A stretch of 63,968 nt of DNA, filler included, from Craspedostauros australis (GCA_030167865.1; 5 parts of 5 records of this genome joined end to end with filler, not necessarily neighbours in it); one strand, 5' to 3'; counted from the first letter of the whole stretch, positions 35,426 to 49,044 are shown. Made by a program: numbers and translations. Notes: a model not told the origin generated them from the sequence alone.

Positions 35426-38400
35426 ATGGCATTCCCAAGCTCCAAGGACAAGAAGGCTGCGTTCGATGGATTTGGCGGCGGCGATCAATGGGGTGCCTTC
35501 GGATCGAACGCGGCCGAAACCCCAACGACCAGCAACTTCAGCGGAGGCGGCGGAGATGGGTTTGGTTCTTTCCCCAGCAGCTTCTCCGCTGCAGACGGTG
35601 GCGGCAGTGGCGACAGCGGAGGCTTCTTCGGAAGCGGCGGTGCCAACGCCTCATCCTTCAAGCTCCCGTCCCCGCCTAAGCCCAAGAAGGTCTATGACAA
35701 AACCCCGCTCAAGGATCCGCCTCAGCATCATCTCTCCACTGGCGCATCGTTCCTTCAGGAGCCGAGGAAGCTGCTTGGATACCCCTGCCTTCCGGCACCA
35801 TCCGTCAACCCGCTCAACGGCAACATCATCGGCTGCAGGAGGCTCCCGAACGGCGAATTCGTCGTGATGGAAACCGACCCGCGCAGGGGCACGCAGGTCA
35901 TGAGCTCGCCGGTGCTCACGGCCGAACTGCAACGCAAGATAGCAGCCAGCTACAACGTCACGGCCACCTCCGTCAGCGCCGTTCTCAAATGCACCGTCGG
36001 CACGCACAGATCGAGCGGTCACGTGCGTCCGCGCGTGGCGGCGCTGATCGATCTCATGGTGCTAGAGAACAACGAGGTCGTGCGGGTCATCGCGATATGG
36101 CAATGGGGGTACGGTGCCTCGCAACCCATCATCTTGCAATCCATCTTGAGCCCACCATCGGGCATAGACTTCGTGTACAACCCGGAGAGCCTGCTGCTGG
36201 CCGACAGTTGCGTCTTTGTGTCGGGCGCATCCGAGAAGGGCCCCTACATCTTCATCTGCAAACCCACCGTCAGGGAGAAGTGGTCCGCCAACTTGGTCGG
36301 CAAGGAATCGGTTCGCATTGCGGACATGGCAGTCACATCCTCTTTCAAGCAATCGCGACCCTATCTGGCCATTGCCTTGACGGACGGATCGATGAGCGTC
36401 TGGTCGTACCAGGCAGCCATGAGCCTCACCTCCAAGTCCAAGGAGGCGTTGCGGCGTTTGCTGTACCCATTGTGCCGTCTGGACACAGTCAAGTCCTTGT
36501 CCCGCGCGAAGGTCACGCAGTTGTCCCTTTCCGACAGTCAGCATGAAGCGGGTAAGTACGATACGAGCACAGCCGATTACTGCAAGAGTTGCCCACTCCA
36601 GCTGATCCATGCATCGCCGCTTGTGTTGGGGGTGCTCAATGTGGCATCTGTCTATTTCTGCACAAGGCTTGTGTCGAACATGCAGAATCCGCATTCTCAC
36701 TCACGTACCAAACGGCCTCTTTTCTGTCTTCCCCAACTCCATCCCACATCGAAAATCAACAAACCATGGTGTGCTTCCGTATGGCACTTCCAATTACTCA
36801 TCCATCGCCTCATCCATTGCTACATCGTCATCCATCTCGCTTCCCTGTCATAAAGCAGACCAATCAAAGGAGCTCGGCCATTGCACATCAGTGATGTGGA
36901 TGCCATGTAAAACATCCCAGATGTCCATGCAGGTCTTGGCGGCAAGCTTCCAGTGCGGGGTTATGCTGTATCATATTGCCTTGCCATCGACGTTGGATTC
37001 CAAGGGCAACCCGGTGCCACCAACCCCTCCAACATCGAGCACGCAGCTGTCGTCAACCACTTCCCTCAAACCATTCGGAGTTGCTCGTTGGCCACGAATG
37101 TATCATTCCGCATCGTCGGCTTGGCTCAATCTTGGGCCCCACGAAAGCATCTGCGTTGGCATTCTGCTCAAGGGAGTTGACTCAAAGGTGGACTACGCTC
37201 GCATCCTTGCGGTCAAGTGCCAAATCCCAATTTACAACTCAAGCTCCGGCAAGGACCGCAAATCGTCCACCGACAAAAAAACATCGATCCGCATCCTCTC
37301 CAGCAACTTCCAATGGCAATCGCGCTCGGCAACGACACCATGGGGCATCCTGTCGAACCACAACCTCCCAGGCATCGTGTACTACTCCGAAAAGGCAATC
37401 CATGTGATGAAGGTCGACGACAAGCTCCATGGCAGGTACGGTCACATCATCACCTCTCAACCACCAGGCCTCGCATCCGATGGCACGGTTCACTTGACCG
37501 ACGCAAAGGCAGACAGGCAGGGGATCTTGCACGTGTACTCCACGATGCAATGCGACCGACGCAAGTTGTCAGATTCCAAGCTTGTTTCTTGGTCCACACC
37601 GACCTTGCGACATTGGCTGGTTCGGACGCTGGCAAGCGATTGCAAAGCGGCGGTCAAACAATCATCGGCGACGTCAGCATCGGACAAGTCCAGCAACCAA
37701 GACTCGAATGACGATGGCATTGTGTACGGAGGAACGTCGTCCGAAATCGTTTGCGAAATTGCCAGCGCCAGCGACATGGATGGCCTGATGCCTTCTCGGA
37801 TCATTCGAAGCAGCGATGGTTCCAACCTTGCCGTGGCAATGAGGAGCACCGGTCTTGGCGCGTCGGATTGCATCAAGATCGCATTCTTCCAACAAGAAGA
37901 CAATGGCGGCATGAAACTGTCAGATGTTGTGGATGGGCGTGATGTGTCCTTCCTTCCCACCGACAAGGCCGCTGGCGCAATCGCGTTGATATTGGGCGTG
38001 AATGGTGGGACCGTCCGAGAATTCAAAAAGGAAACCGTGGAGTCCAAAGAAGTCTGGAAGGAAGCGGCGGCATTCCGCCCCATCGTCGGTGCCATGAAGG
38101 ATGACCACATTGACTGCCGCCGTTTGCAGCTCGTCACGCGCCAATCGGACGAGATCAGGCTCCTCGCGGCAGGAACCAGAACTTCTGATGATCGAGGTTG
38201 TTTGATCGTGGGTAGTGCGACGGCTCCGACCGGCAAGGGAGATAGCAAATGGTCCAACACCCTCCCTAGCTTCGAAGAGGATCCAATCTTTTGGTTCGAG
38301 GATGGCGAAGAGATCTTCAACATCTTACCGCTCCCGAACGAAGGATCAATTCAGGGCGGATACGCTGTCGCTACCAACACAAGAGTGCTGGTCCTCGATC

Positions 38401-41400
38401 CCAACATGAACCTTGTCGGAAGCTCGGCTTGTGGAGCACCTGCCAGATCGGTCGCCCCGGTGGGATCCTTTGCGGTTGCATTCTGTGGCGCAGATTTCAA
38501 GATTCGTTACGTGTGCGGCCTCAAGGCAAGCTTCGGGACGGGAGTTCTGGCGACGCTCCCAGGCCCGTTGTCAGGGTACTGCCCGTACGTGTTGCTCGCC
38601 GTCCGTCCTGATCGTTTCATCTACGGTCGCGTCCACGTGGCATCTCACCTTCGCGAGAAGGATCAATCCAAACCCAGTTCACTGCCAGAGGCCATCACGA
38701 GACCAGCGTTGCTCCTGGAACCGCTGTTGGCCAACGTCATCAGCACAGGCGGCCCGCAGACCAGTACCATGCCGCTTCTCAGGACCGTAGTTGAGAGGTT
38801 CGGACGCAAGATCACATCGCTCTCTCACAGCGACGGTGGCGGTATCGGCGATCATGGCACGGGCATCACTCCACGCGTGTTCGAACTCCTGTCATTCTAC
38901 AACCTCGACGAAGCATCATCGTGGCTGTTGACGGGCACGGTGTCATTCCATCGAGCAGCCAATAGCCGGATCCTGCCACCGTGGATCCCAATGTCTTCCA
39001 AATCCATAGCAGCGAAGACCGCAGACACGAAACTGCACCTCCTCGCTCACGGTGATCAGTACTTCACGGAGTACGTCAAATCACCTGATCAGAACATGTC
39101 CTCCACACTGCCCCGGCACAGCGATCCGTCAGCATTTATGTGCAACGAGCTGGCCAACAAATCGTTGTTTGCTGGCAATGTGAGCGATGCCTTGAAGCTT
39201 TTGGACATGGTGGGAACAGAATCCGCCGACTCCAGGCTTCTGCAGCTGGCGCTAACGCTTCAGATGGACCCATCCAAGGATCCCACCCAACTCTTGGAGG
39301 CGCTATGCCACACGGATAGCCAACTTGGAAAAGCGGTGTCGTCGTCGGCGACTGGGGCGCTGGCCGCGCTGTCCTTGCAGCTCAAGTCCAACACCATCAA
39401 AGCGGGAAAACCGGCATCGGCAGACTTTACGGATCGATGGATGAAGCAGATGGCACCATCACTTCAGAGAGGACGCAAGATACGTCGCATGCGACCCAAG
39501 ATCATTGGGGAGTCCGCATTCCTGAAGATCCACGGTGGTTCGAGCAGCAGAACCAACTCGAAACTGTTCGTATCGGAAGCGATCGATGCGAAGCACATCT
39601 GGTACGTCCACTGGCATTGCAAGTCATTTTCATGTACGAACACTTGTGCTTATGGCGGCTTGGTTGGTTTCGCGCATTGCACTCGCAGCTTCAGAGCGAA
39701 TCATGATCCTTTGAAGTCATGATGGCACATCACGATGTACTACGCTGACACTTTGTCTGCTTGCTGTATGTATGCCACACGTGGTCCTCGACGTCATCTG
39801 TTAATGTGTTTATGCTTACATATGCAGGAACGAAGGACCCAACAAGGAAAAGGAGCACATCCTGACTTTGGACAGCATCCAAGAGTGGTTTGGACGGACC
39901 AGACCGGTCATTTTAGGCAAGGAGGGCGCGGAGAACGCGGTAGGAACCGGCGCCACGACGCTCGCAGACATCCTCAACAAGGCCGATGATGATTCATTCG
40001 GAGGAGATGACGATGATTACTCCAAGGATGGCTGGGTCGAAGGTGTGGGGCAAGGTCACGAAGATAAGGACAAGCTGTGCGCGTATTACAGAATCTCCGA
40101 AGGTGATGACGACGAAACACCATGGAAGGAGGAAGGTTTTGCGGATTTGACCAAGTTCGAGAACAAGGCGGTCCTTGTTGGCGTGTCCGATTCTGTGGAG
40201 CTCGAGCAGTCCACATCCAGCGTGGACGAAGGAGAGAGCGGCAAGGTGAAGGCTCTGTACGACATTGTCTTCAAGGAGAGTGGCGTTGGCCGTGCTGCTG
40301 GTTTTGCCATACCAGCGAGCCGAGGAAAGAGTTTGGACATTGGTATCATGCACGGGCCCGACCATGATTCCCGTCAAAAGTGCACCGTAGAATTCTGGTT
40401 CTGGATTCCCCAGGAATTGAAGCATGACATAGTACTCGCTCGGAGGACGTTTGGGTCATCGGCTGGGGATCTTGACAAGGTGTGTCTCGCCAACGAGAAG
40501 GATTCCACTTTGTGGGAGCTCATCTTGTCAAAATCTGGAGAGCTCGAGTTCCGCACAATTTCTGGTGACAAAGCAAAGACAAAGCCGAAGATCAGCGAAG
40601 ATGATAGTGACAACCATGACGACGACGACGACGACGATGATGGTCCCAGCAACAAGAGCAAGAGCACTGCCTTGTTCGGCCGTTGGAATCATGCATGTAT
40701 CATCATCAAGCAACTCACCGCCACAACAGCCACCACTGGTCTGCTGATGAAGGGCGAAAGCTGCTTCTCCAAGGAACTCAGCTTTGCTCCACCCGACATG
40801 GAAGCCGACGAATTCGCAGGTGCCTCAGCTTTCGATGGGCCATTGACGAAGTCGTACCTCGTGTTCGGGCTGAACCACCCCCCAGCGTTCAGAATGACAG
40901 AAATTCGCGCATGGGCGATGGAGCGTGTAGCGGACGACATCCGGACGTTCATGACAGAGTATTTGGAAAGCGCCGAGATCAAGCGCAAGTTCCGCGTGAA
41001 GATCAAGAAGAAGGGCGGTGGCTTGGGAAAGCTGGCAGCACCATCTTCCGGTGGTTTGGCACCTCCTGGTCAACCCCGTGGAACCCTCATGCCACCAGGC
41101 GGTCTCAAACCACCATCCGATACAACGAGCAAGGTCAGCCGTAAGAATCTGCTTGCGCCACCAGGCAAGGGCAAACTCGAAGCTCCCAAAGAACCAAGCT
41201 TCGACCTTCCAGCCGTGCGTGATTCCTCTGAGACGAAGGAGACCGATCCCGCAAGCGGATTCGCGAGCGACGTGTTTGAATCCTTTGGGGCAAACGCAGC
41301 AGAGGATGCTGCGCCGATTTCATTTGGGTCAGACTTTGGCGCCACTCCGACGGCAGCGGTTGCTGGCTCGGATGGCTTTGGGACGCCGGATGTGGCATCA

Positions 41401-43265
41401 CCCACCACCGCAGAAGAGGTTGAGCAGTTCGATTCGGCTGAGCCCGAAGATATGGAGGTTGAAATCTCGCCGCTTTGGGACAGTGCGATCCCATTGTCGG
41501 AGCAAGTTCGTTCATCAGCAGCGGCCGCGCTCATTCGAGGTCCGCCGGCCACGAGGCATTTTGGAGGCAATCGTGGAGGCCTTCCGGATTATCGAGAATT
41601 GGAAAGGTATGTTTGGTCTTGGCTGCCTTGCATCTATCTATGTGCCCGATTTCAATAAGATGCTGTGCAATGTGATTTTGTGCGGTTTTATGCTCTGCGA
41701 TGTGATACCATGTGATGGTATGCGATGTGATGCATGACCTCTCTATTTCCACACACGGTAGACTTGCTCTTGTAATGGTTTGGATTTGGTGGCTTGGAGC
41801 GCTCGTTCATGGCACACCAAAGAGGTCGATGCAAGCGATTTGTTTGTGCACAAATCATCTACTCTGCTGCATTCACCGCGATTGACTTGTCGACTCACAA
41901 AGTGTTTCTCCACTCATATGTGCAACACCTTCGTAACGCTACACACCTTGGTATCTTTCGCTCTCCACGGCCAACAGATTTGGAGTCGGCGCTATTTCCA
42001 TCTGCGGGTCTGAGAAGACCATCGTTTGGAGAGACGACCAAGTTCCACCAGGACTCACATACCCGATCGGTGCAAGCGGTGCCGTTGTGAGTGATCAGAT
42101 GGACGAGGACGGCAGCGAGTTCCTTTGCTGCTTCCAGGCGAAAGAGAAGAGAATGGTCGTCTTTGAGCTGTCAACGAGGACGGCGGTGGTTGAGCTGCAG
42201 ATGACGACGAAGCTGAACTACTGGCGTTTCCTCCCACCCGAGGCTGGCGAAGACACCTTGTGTTTCATGTTGATTACGCCAGTCGGTGGCTTCCATTGGA
42301 TGCCGTTGGATGATTCGCCCCGCCCAAGGCAGGTGTGGAAGCGTGGCGGGGAGTTGCAGGGCAAGAAGATCGTCTGCTATGAGGAGGGTGGGACGAATGG
42401 TCAGGACGGACCCGATATGCTTTCGAAGGTTGGAATGCTGCTGATGACGAACGCGGCAGCTGGCGGACGTTTGGAGTCATGGTTGGTTCCAGTGTGCGGT
42501 GATTCCCAGGCCATCTGTGCCTCCGAGTAAGTCCAATTTGGTTGGTGGTCAAACTCGCGAAGCTGTGCCAACGTTTGTGCCTTGCTCTACGAATGAATGG
42601 TGTGTGGAAATGTCCTTGATCGTTTTGATTCTTCGCGTTGTCTTCTCACACTGTGTGGACCCGCCTGTGGACACGTTGATGTACTCTTGGTCACCGTCTT
42701 CGGTCGTTGCCACACTTCGACTCTGACTTCATTTCGTTTTATTCGTTCCATTTGATTTTGATTGCACCCGTTCAGTGATGTGATGGGAGCATGCCTGTGC
42801 TGCCCGCCTGGCGTTGGATACGAGGCGTGGATGCCGCTATTGCTGTTCGTTGTTGAATCGGAGAGCGATCTGGTGGTGTGCGTGTCAGCGGTCACAGAGG
42901 GCGCAGACATCTCCATCGCACTCACGGAGGTGATGACGGACGCATTGATCGAGCTTGCGCCGTACAAGGACTTCGACTTCACCCCGCCGACGTTGTCGAT
43001 GGGAACATGGCCGGAGGTTCTGTGTTGCTCGTTGGGCAGCACGATCGTCATCATCGTGCGCCGCAAGGGTCTAGTGGTGGCATACGAGCTGGCAGACACG
43101 GGTCTGGAGCTGATCGCAGAAGAAAATGTCGGGCACTACGTGGTGGATGCCGTCATGAGGTATTCTGCCGTGGAGGGTGGTGCAGAGATCGTTCTGCTGA
43201 TGTCTGATTCTGAGAATCCGCGTGACGGCAGAGTGGGTACATTCTGCTTCCGATCCGCAGTCTAA
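35426..43265 (+). CDS. Large unknown protein, 5 exons (35426-36551, 36859-39601, 39828-41606, 41978-42526, 42776-43265), ~2228 aa, with beta-propeller-like regions and a ConA/LamG-like domain
   Basis: Four GT-AG introns give phase-consistent joins (6687 nt total). TVEFWFW...WNHACII...MTEIRAW is LamG-like. Confidence 0.8.
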
Positions 43266-43602
43266 ATCCATTATATGGAACAGTCACATACGAGTACATA
43301 CTTGTGGAGCAGATGAGACCAGACCATGGCAGAGTGGACGGCGCTCTGTTGATTTGGGTATGGCTACATTAATGACTTGCGTACACTCTGTAACAGCTGC
43401 AAAGTCAAAGAACTTCGCATCCGCGGTTCACTGTGCTCGAGATTTTTAACTTGTTGCGACAACATCCGAAATGCATACTCGCAGCGAGATGCGGAAACAC
43501 GAATGCGCTTCTCTCTCTCCCTACTCGTTGACAAGTTGACTCTGTGGAAGACTACCGTAGTACGCAGTGCACACCACACTCGGACCAAACTGTTGATGTG
43601 CT

Positions 43603-44430
43603 CTATCCGCTGATGGAAAAGCTCACGGGCGTCGTGCCTGGCTTCTTGGGATACGGATCGACGTTCAACCACAGCATCTGCGCCACAAGCTCTCCCACAT
43701 CCAACTTTCCGGTCAAGCCCGAGTAAATGGATTCATCCTCCACGATGGCATCATCCTCCCCAGCAAGGTTCTCCAGCATCTGCTGCAAATCCATGACATC
43801 CTTGGCCGATTCCGGCGTCTTGATGTTGTTGCGCTTCAATTCCTTGAGGATGAGCTCATCGGCTTCGTCCATCTGCTTGGCGGTGATGGGTTTGACGAGA
43901 TTGAGGAGGGAGAAGCCAATGTCCACCTCAAAGTCCTCATTCGTTCGCACGCAGGTCTGCGTGATGCGCGATTCGACGTCGCCCGTGACCTGCACTGCCA
44001 TGAGGCCGTTGGTGTAGTAGTGAGAAGAGCCGTCCGAGATTTCCTCCGGCGGTCTTTGGATGGACAGCGTGGCGGAGAGGTTGTGCAGCTTGACGAGGCC
44101 GAATCGTTCGGCCAGGGCATCGCACTCCTCTTGCGTGGCAGTGACATCGAGCTTGTAGGCCTGGTTCATGCGCCTCTTTCCGCCCGATGTCTTGAGGACC
44201 TTGTCGGTGGAGATGGGTCTGGCGAATTCATTAGGTGGAGTCTCAATGTTGCTGTCGTCGCCGGATGTCGATGCCATGGACAGTGGAAAGGAGGCTGAAA
44301 CGGATGGCGACGCAGAGGCCGCGAAGCGTGCTGTTGTCAGCCGAGAATCGACAGCGAATCCATCAACCGCGGAATTGGCAACGGAGTAGATTGCGCCAAT
44401 GATGGCGATGGAGCAGGTCTGGGACTTCAT
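43603..44430 (-). CDS. DUF177/YceD-like protein, probably plastid-targeted
   Basis: ATQEECDALAERFGL, ITQTCVRTNEDF and LDVGELVAQ..L..DPYPKKPG. Signal peptide ends VDG-FAV. Confidence 0.8.
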   Translation of the reverse strand: MKSQTCSIAIIGAIYSVANSAVDGFAVDSRLTTARFAASASPSVSASFPLSMASTSGDDSNIETPPNEFARPISTDKVLKTSGGKRRMNQAYKLDVTATQEECDALAERFGLVKLHNLSATLSIQRPPEEISDGSSHYYTNGLMAVQVTGDVESRITQTCVRTNEDFEVDIGFSLLNLVKPITAKQMDEADELILKELKRNNIKTPESAKDVMDLQQMLENLAGEDDAIVEDESIYSGLTGKLDVGELVAQMLWLNVDPYPKKPGTTPVSFSISG

Positions 44431-45012
44431 GTTGGGATTCAGTGTACAAGGACTTGCGGAAGATCCGTCTGTGATATTTGTCAAGGTTGGTCACGGTTTG
44501 TGTGAGTGTGAATGTGAATGACGGTCTCAATCCATACATCGATCAACGGCTCAGCGGTGCAACATCGTCAGAACAGTTCAGTCCACCATCGTTGCCTTCC
44601 CATCATTCCTGCCACTCTTCCTCCATTCTTCCGTGTGACGACAGTTGTTCTGTGGTGGAGGAAAGTCGTGTTTTTGTGTTCGTCATTTCGGTGAGCTGGT
44701 TGGAGGCTGGTTGATGTGTACCGATAGATGGACAGACGCATTAAATACGACTTAGTGAACCATGACTCAACCGACTCAAAACATCAACGAACACGAAGAT
44801 CGTTGGTGAGAACGACACATCACCAATCAATCCTCTTGTGTTGGTTTGTGGCCTTCTCATCACTGAGCAGAGGAGCACATCCTTCTCTCGAATCTGTCGA
44901 TGTGGACGGTCATTGTTGCTGGCTGCAATCTTGCACTCACATATTATATCTAGAACAAGAGGAGACTCCCATAGCTGGCAGGCATCGACTATTGCAGGCG
45001 GAACGACAAGAG

Positions 45013-46170
45013 ATGGGAAAGAAACGGGGAGACAAGAAGCGCAAGCATGATGCTGCGGACAAGCGCAGCACCGACAATCCGTTGCTGGGTGGGGTCAAGT
45101 CGTTCCTGGATACCGTGCCGCAATCCGACCAGGACAACGTCTTCGCGCCGGACTTTGACGCAGATCGCCGCGGCGAGCTCTGGATGGCGCAGGCCGAGGT
45201 TGGGGAACGGTTGGTCAACGAATGCGCTTGGGCTGTGCCGGACGACCGCGCGATTCGGATCATCAAGCATTTCTCGCCGTTGGTCGAGATCGGTTGTGGC
45301 AGCAATGCGTACTGGTGTCATTTGCTGCGAAAGCACGGCGTGGATATCATCGGCTACGACATGAACCTGCAGGAGGGTGGCAAGATCGTCACGGCGAAAG
45401 CCAAGAAGGAGAAAGGGGATGACGGTGGTGGCGGCGAGTCTGGGAACGGCAACAAACGAAAACGGAACGTGTCGTTCCTGTGCAAGGGCGGGCCCGAGGC
45501 GCTTGCCTCCAAGAAGATACGGTCGTCCAACAGGACGTTATTCCTGTGCTATCCGGACGCGGAGGATATGCCCGATGCGGATGAAATGGACGAGGATGGC
45601 GAGCCGAAGGAACCAGAATCCATGGGCGCGGCGTGTCTGAGGCACTACGAAGGCACCTACGTCATCCATGTCGGCGAGCTCTACCTCGATGCCAACCTGT
45701 CCATGGACCAGGCACCGTGGGGACGATCGTCCTCGTCCGAATTCCAACAGTTGCTCGCGGCCGATTTCCATTGCCTCCTCAAGGCCAAACTGCCAAATTG
45801 GTTTCATGTTCGCGACACTATCAGCGTTTGGAAGCGTTCGCAGACCACCGCCATTGTCTTCGCACCTGATACGGATGATGAGAATGAAGGCAATGATGAT
45901 GACATGGAGGATGCCGACGCCGATGAGGTTCATTACCGTCACATTCCAAAGGAGGAGAAACTGCCTACCGATGTCGCAGCGCCTTGCTTGCAGCATCTGC
46001 TCAAAGGGCCACCCAAGCAATCCGATCAACCCAAGCCCACCGTCAAGAAGAATGCGAAGCACCTTATATCAGGGTTTGCATCCAAGTTGAAATTGGGCAA
46101 CATTGATGCATTCAGCATGGAGGACATGGCATCGCCCAAGCCGAAGACGAAGAAGCGACGAAAGTTATAG
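45013..46170 (+). CDS. Hypothetical protein with a class I SAM-methyltransferase-like fold
   Basis: AWAVPD..AI, PLVEIGCGSNAYW, GVDIIGYD, RTLFLCYPD and VIHVGE. Basic NLS-like termini. Confidence 0.72.
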   Translation: MGKKRGDKKRKHDAADKRSTDNPLLGGVKSFLDTVPQSDQDNVFAPDFDADRRGELWMAQAEVGERLVNECAWAVPDDRAIRIIKHFSPLVEIGCGSNAYWCHLLRKHGVDIIGYDMNLQEGGKIVTAKAKKEKGDDGGGGESGNGNKRKRNVSFLCKGGPEALASKKIRSSNRTLFLCYPDAEDMPDADEMDEDGEPKEPESMGAACLRHYEGTYVIHVGELYLDANLSMDQAPWGRSSSSEFQQLLAADFHCLLKAKLPNWFHVRDTISVWKRSQTTAIVFAPDTDDENEGNDDDMEDADADEVHYRHIPKEEKLPTDVAAPCLQHLLKGPPKQSDQPKPTVKKNAKHLISGFASKLKLGNIDAFSMEDMASPKPKTKKRRKL

Positions 46171-46499
46171 GATGTGAATTTGTTTAAGCATGGTTCACCC
46201 AGACGCACACTTAGAGTAAGTAAAGAATACAGCATGAATGCACATGAAATGGTACGACTACAAGCACGATGCATGAAGTTTGGCAATCATCAATCACCTG
46301 CCGCAGCTAGTCCACCAGTCTGTGCGAAGGCGGAAATGGTTCTGCGATCTTTCACGTGCGTTCAATGTAAATTCATGGTTTAATTTTCTACTCAGATGAA
46401 TGCAACGTCTGCTCGTCCGACTTGTACTTCCTCGTGGACTGGCTGCTCTTGAGAACTTTTCTTGCGTTGCCGAGGTTTTCTTGTCCGTCACCAGTTGTT

Positions 46500-48107
46500 C
46501 TAAAGCTTCGATTGATCTGGCGAGATGCTGACGATGTACGGATAGCAAACCGTCGTGAGGAAATCATCCAACTCGGCAGCATTCAGCATGTCATCCACCA
46601 ACTTACCCGCAAGCATCCATCGTCCCTCGCCCTTGCGTGGAGCGATCTCATCTTGGATGAGGGAGGAGATCCTGTCGGAGCTCACCAGCAGGCCATCGTC
46701 CGCCGTCTTGATCCCGCGCACCCTCCACTGCCAGACCTGAGCGCGGGAAATCTCTGCCGTCGCGGCGTCTTCCATGGCGTTGTTCAATGGGATGCACCCG
46801 ATGCCGCGGATCCATGCCTCTGTGTAGGCCAGCACGATCCGGATGCCCGCCTGCAAGCCCCACGATGTGATGGCCTCTTGTTTGGGGACGGAGGGGAGCC
46901 TCAATAGTTCGGTGGCCGGGACGAACGTTTGGTCACCCTTGATGTGGATCTGATTGGGCGTCGTCATGTGCTCATCAAACACATCACGTGCGACCTTCAC
47001 CAGGGCGGGATGCGCGACCCAGGTTCCGTCGTGTCCAGCCTGGACCTCGCGGATCTTGTCGTTGCGGACCTTCTGGATCGATGCCTCGTTGGCTCGCGGG
47101 TCGTTCTTGACAGGGATCGAGGCCGACATGCCGCCCATGGCGAAAGTGCCACGACGGTGGCAGATCTGGATCAGACGGCGCACGTAGGCCAGCATCAGCG
47201 GTGTCGTCATGGTGAGGTGAGAACGATCGGGGGCGATGCTGTGCATCTTGAATTTCTTGATGTAGCTGAAGAGGTAGTCCCATCGTCCGCAGTTGAGTCC
47301 GATGGAATGTTCGCGCAGCTCGAACAGAATCTCCTCCATCTCGAAGGCGGCCGTGATGGTCTCCAGGAGGACAGTGGCGCGGATGGTGCCCTGTGGGACA
47401 CCCAGATAATGCTGGGCGGTGACGAAGACGTCGTTCCAAAGCCTGGCCTCAACGTGGCTCTCGAGCTTGGGCAGGTAGTAGTATGGGCCGCTGCCGTTGC
47501 GAGACAGGGTGTGGGCGTTGTGGAAGAAGTACAACGCGAAGTCTACGATGCTTCCCGAGGCCGGCTTGCCATTCACGATGATATGGGCCTCATCGAGATG
47601 CCATCCACGAGGCCGAACGAGAAGCACGGCCGTCTGCTTGTTGAGCGTGTACAACTTGCCTGATTTTGGATTGGTGTACGTGATCGTTCCGGCGAGGGCG
47701 TCACGCAAGTTGACCTGCCCTTCCATCATGTTCGTCCATGTTGGGCTGGTGGAATCTTCAAAGTCAGCCATGTACGTCTGGGCGCCGGAGTTCAACCCAT
47801 TGATGACCATCTTGCGATCGACGGGCCCCGTGATCTCCACGCGACGGTCCCGAAGATCCGCGGGGGGAGGCGCGCATTTCCAATCCCCGTGAGATGCTTC
47901 GGAATCCAGAAATGATGGGAAGATGCCGGCATCGATCTCCTTCGCCTTTGCCTTGCGCTGTTGCAGCAAAAGCTGGCGAGTGGATTCGTACTTTGCGCAT
48001 AGCAGGCCGACGAATCGCAATGCGTCATCCGTCAAGATGGAGCGGGTAGATGCGTCGACCGTTCCAAGAACCTGAACGGTGATTTGCTCTGATGTCACTG
48101 TCAACAT
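46500..48107 (-). CDS. aceB: Malate synthase A, peroxisomal (PTS1 -SKL)
   Basis: DRRVEITGP, MADFEDS, VRPRGWHL, YLPKLESH, GLNCGRWDYLFS, GHDGTWVAHP and MEDAATAEISRAQ. C-terminal SKL. Confidence 0.97.
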   Translation of the reverse strand: MLTVTSEQITVQVLGTVDASTRSILTDDALRFVGLLCAKYESTRQLLLQQRKAKAKEIDAGIFPSFLDSEASHGDWKCAPPPADLRDRRVEITGPVDRKMVINGLNSGAQTYMADFEDSTSPTWTNMMEGQVNLRDALAGTITYTNPKSGKLYTLNKQTAVLLVRPRGWHLDEAHIIVNGKPASGSIVDFALYFFHNAHTLSRNGSGPYYYLPKLESHVEARLWNDVFVTAQHYLGVPQGTIRATVLLETITAAFEMEEILFELREHSIGLNCGRWDYLFSYIKKFKMHSIAPDRSHLTMTTPLMLAYVRRLIQICHRRGTFAMGGMSASIPVKNDPRANEASIQKVRNDKIREVQAGHDGTWVAHPALVKVARDVFDEHMTTPNQIHIKGDQTFVPATELLRLPSVPKQEAITSWGLQAGIRIVLAYTEAWIRGIGCIPLNNAMEDAATAEISRAQVWQWRVRGIKTADDGLLVSSDRISSLIQDEIAPRKGEGRWMLAGKLVDDMLNAAELDDFLTTVCYPYIVSISPDQSKL

Positions 48108-49044
48108 GATTGGACGGTGTTGCTTGTGTCTGTGCTCGTAGCTTGGTTGGATTGTTGAGATTGATGAGCGTTGCTACTGCTGTTGCTGCGGATGATGATG
48201 GGTTTCGCTCTTTTTGGTCTTGTCGACGACGAGCCCTTTGATTTTGTGGGAGTGGTCGTCATCATCACACAACAAAGTAAAGATCGCGAAAGGCCACGAC
48301 AACATCGACAGCATTGCTGCTAGTCTTCGCTCGCATGCATGGGGTCTTTTGTTTGGATCGTCAATGCGAATGATGACACCAGAACCTCAGCAATCGCAGC
48401 CTCCCAGGACGTGACATCGATGATGACGGACCAGAGTCGTCCCATCAGTGACGATAACCTTCTGCGACTGGGCAGATGTGCATGGTGCTGTACGAAGATA
48501 CCTTTTGTGGCGCAACCGCGTCATCGATGGCGGTGTCAAAGAGAGGAGAAGAAATCGCCGAGTTGTGGGTGTCAAGGGTTGAGTCACGAATGGGTCACTG
48601 ATGTGAGGTGACATCATTTCCCAACCACGACTGGTGTCACCCGATCCTCCTCTCGTCGATGACGGATGCATTTGCTCAGTAGATTGCTCGAGAGAGGAGG
48701 TTGATTGTCCTCGCTGCCATGATCCAATGATCCAGCGATGCCACCGTCTTGCGAGCACAACATATAAGTCTAGGCGTGGTATGCAGAGAATAGTGTTGGA
48801 ACTGCTGTCGTTTGTTATGTATTGTTAGTAATGTGAGAGGATGGGATTGTGATCTTTGGATGCTGCTTCAGAACCTGTGGATTCAACAATCTGATTCGCA
48901 CTCGTCCGTGGGTTTGCTGCAACTCATTTCGAAGAATCTATTCAATAATCAGAGAGTAGAGCATTCATGCGCGGCTCTTTCCAGTTCATCGCAAGCCTTC
49001 CTCTGCCACGATTGTATCGCATCGTAGCGTCGCGTAGATGCCCT

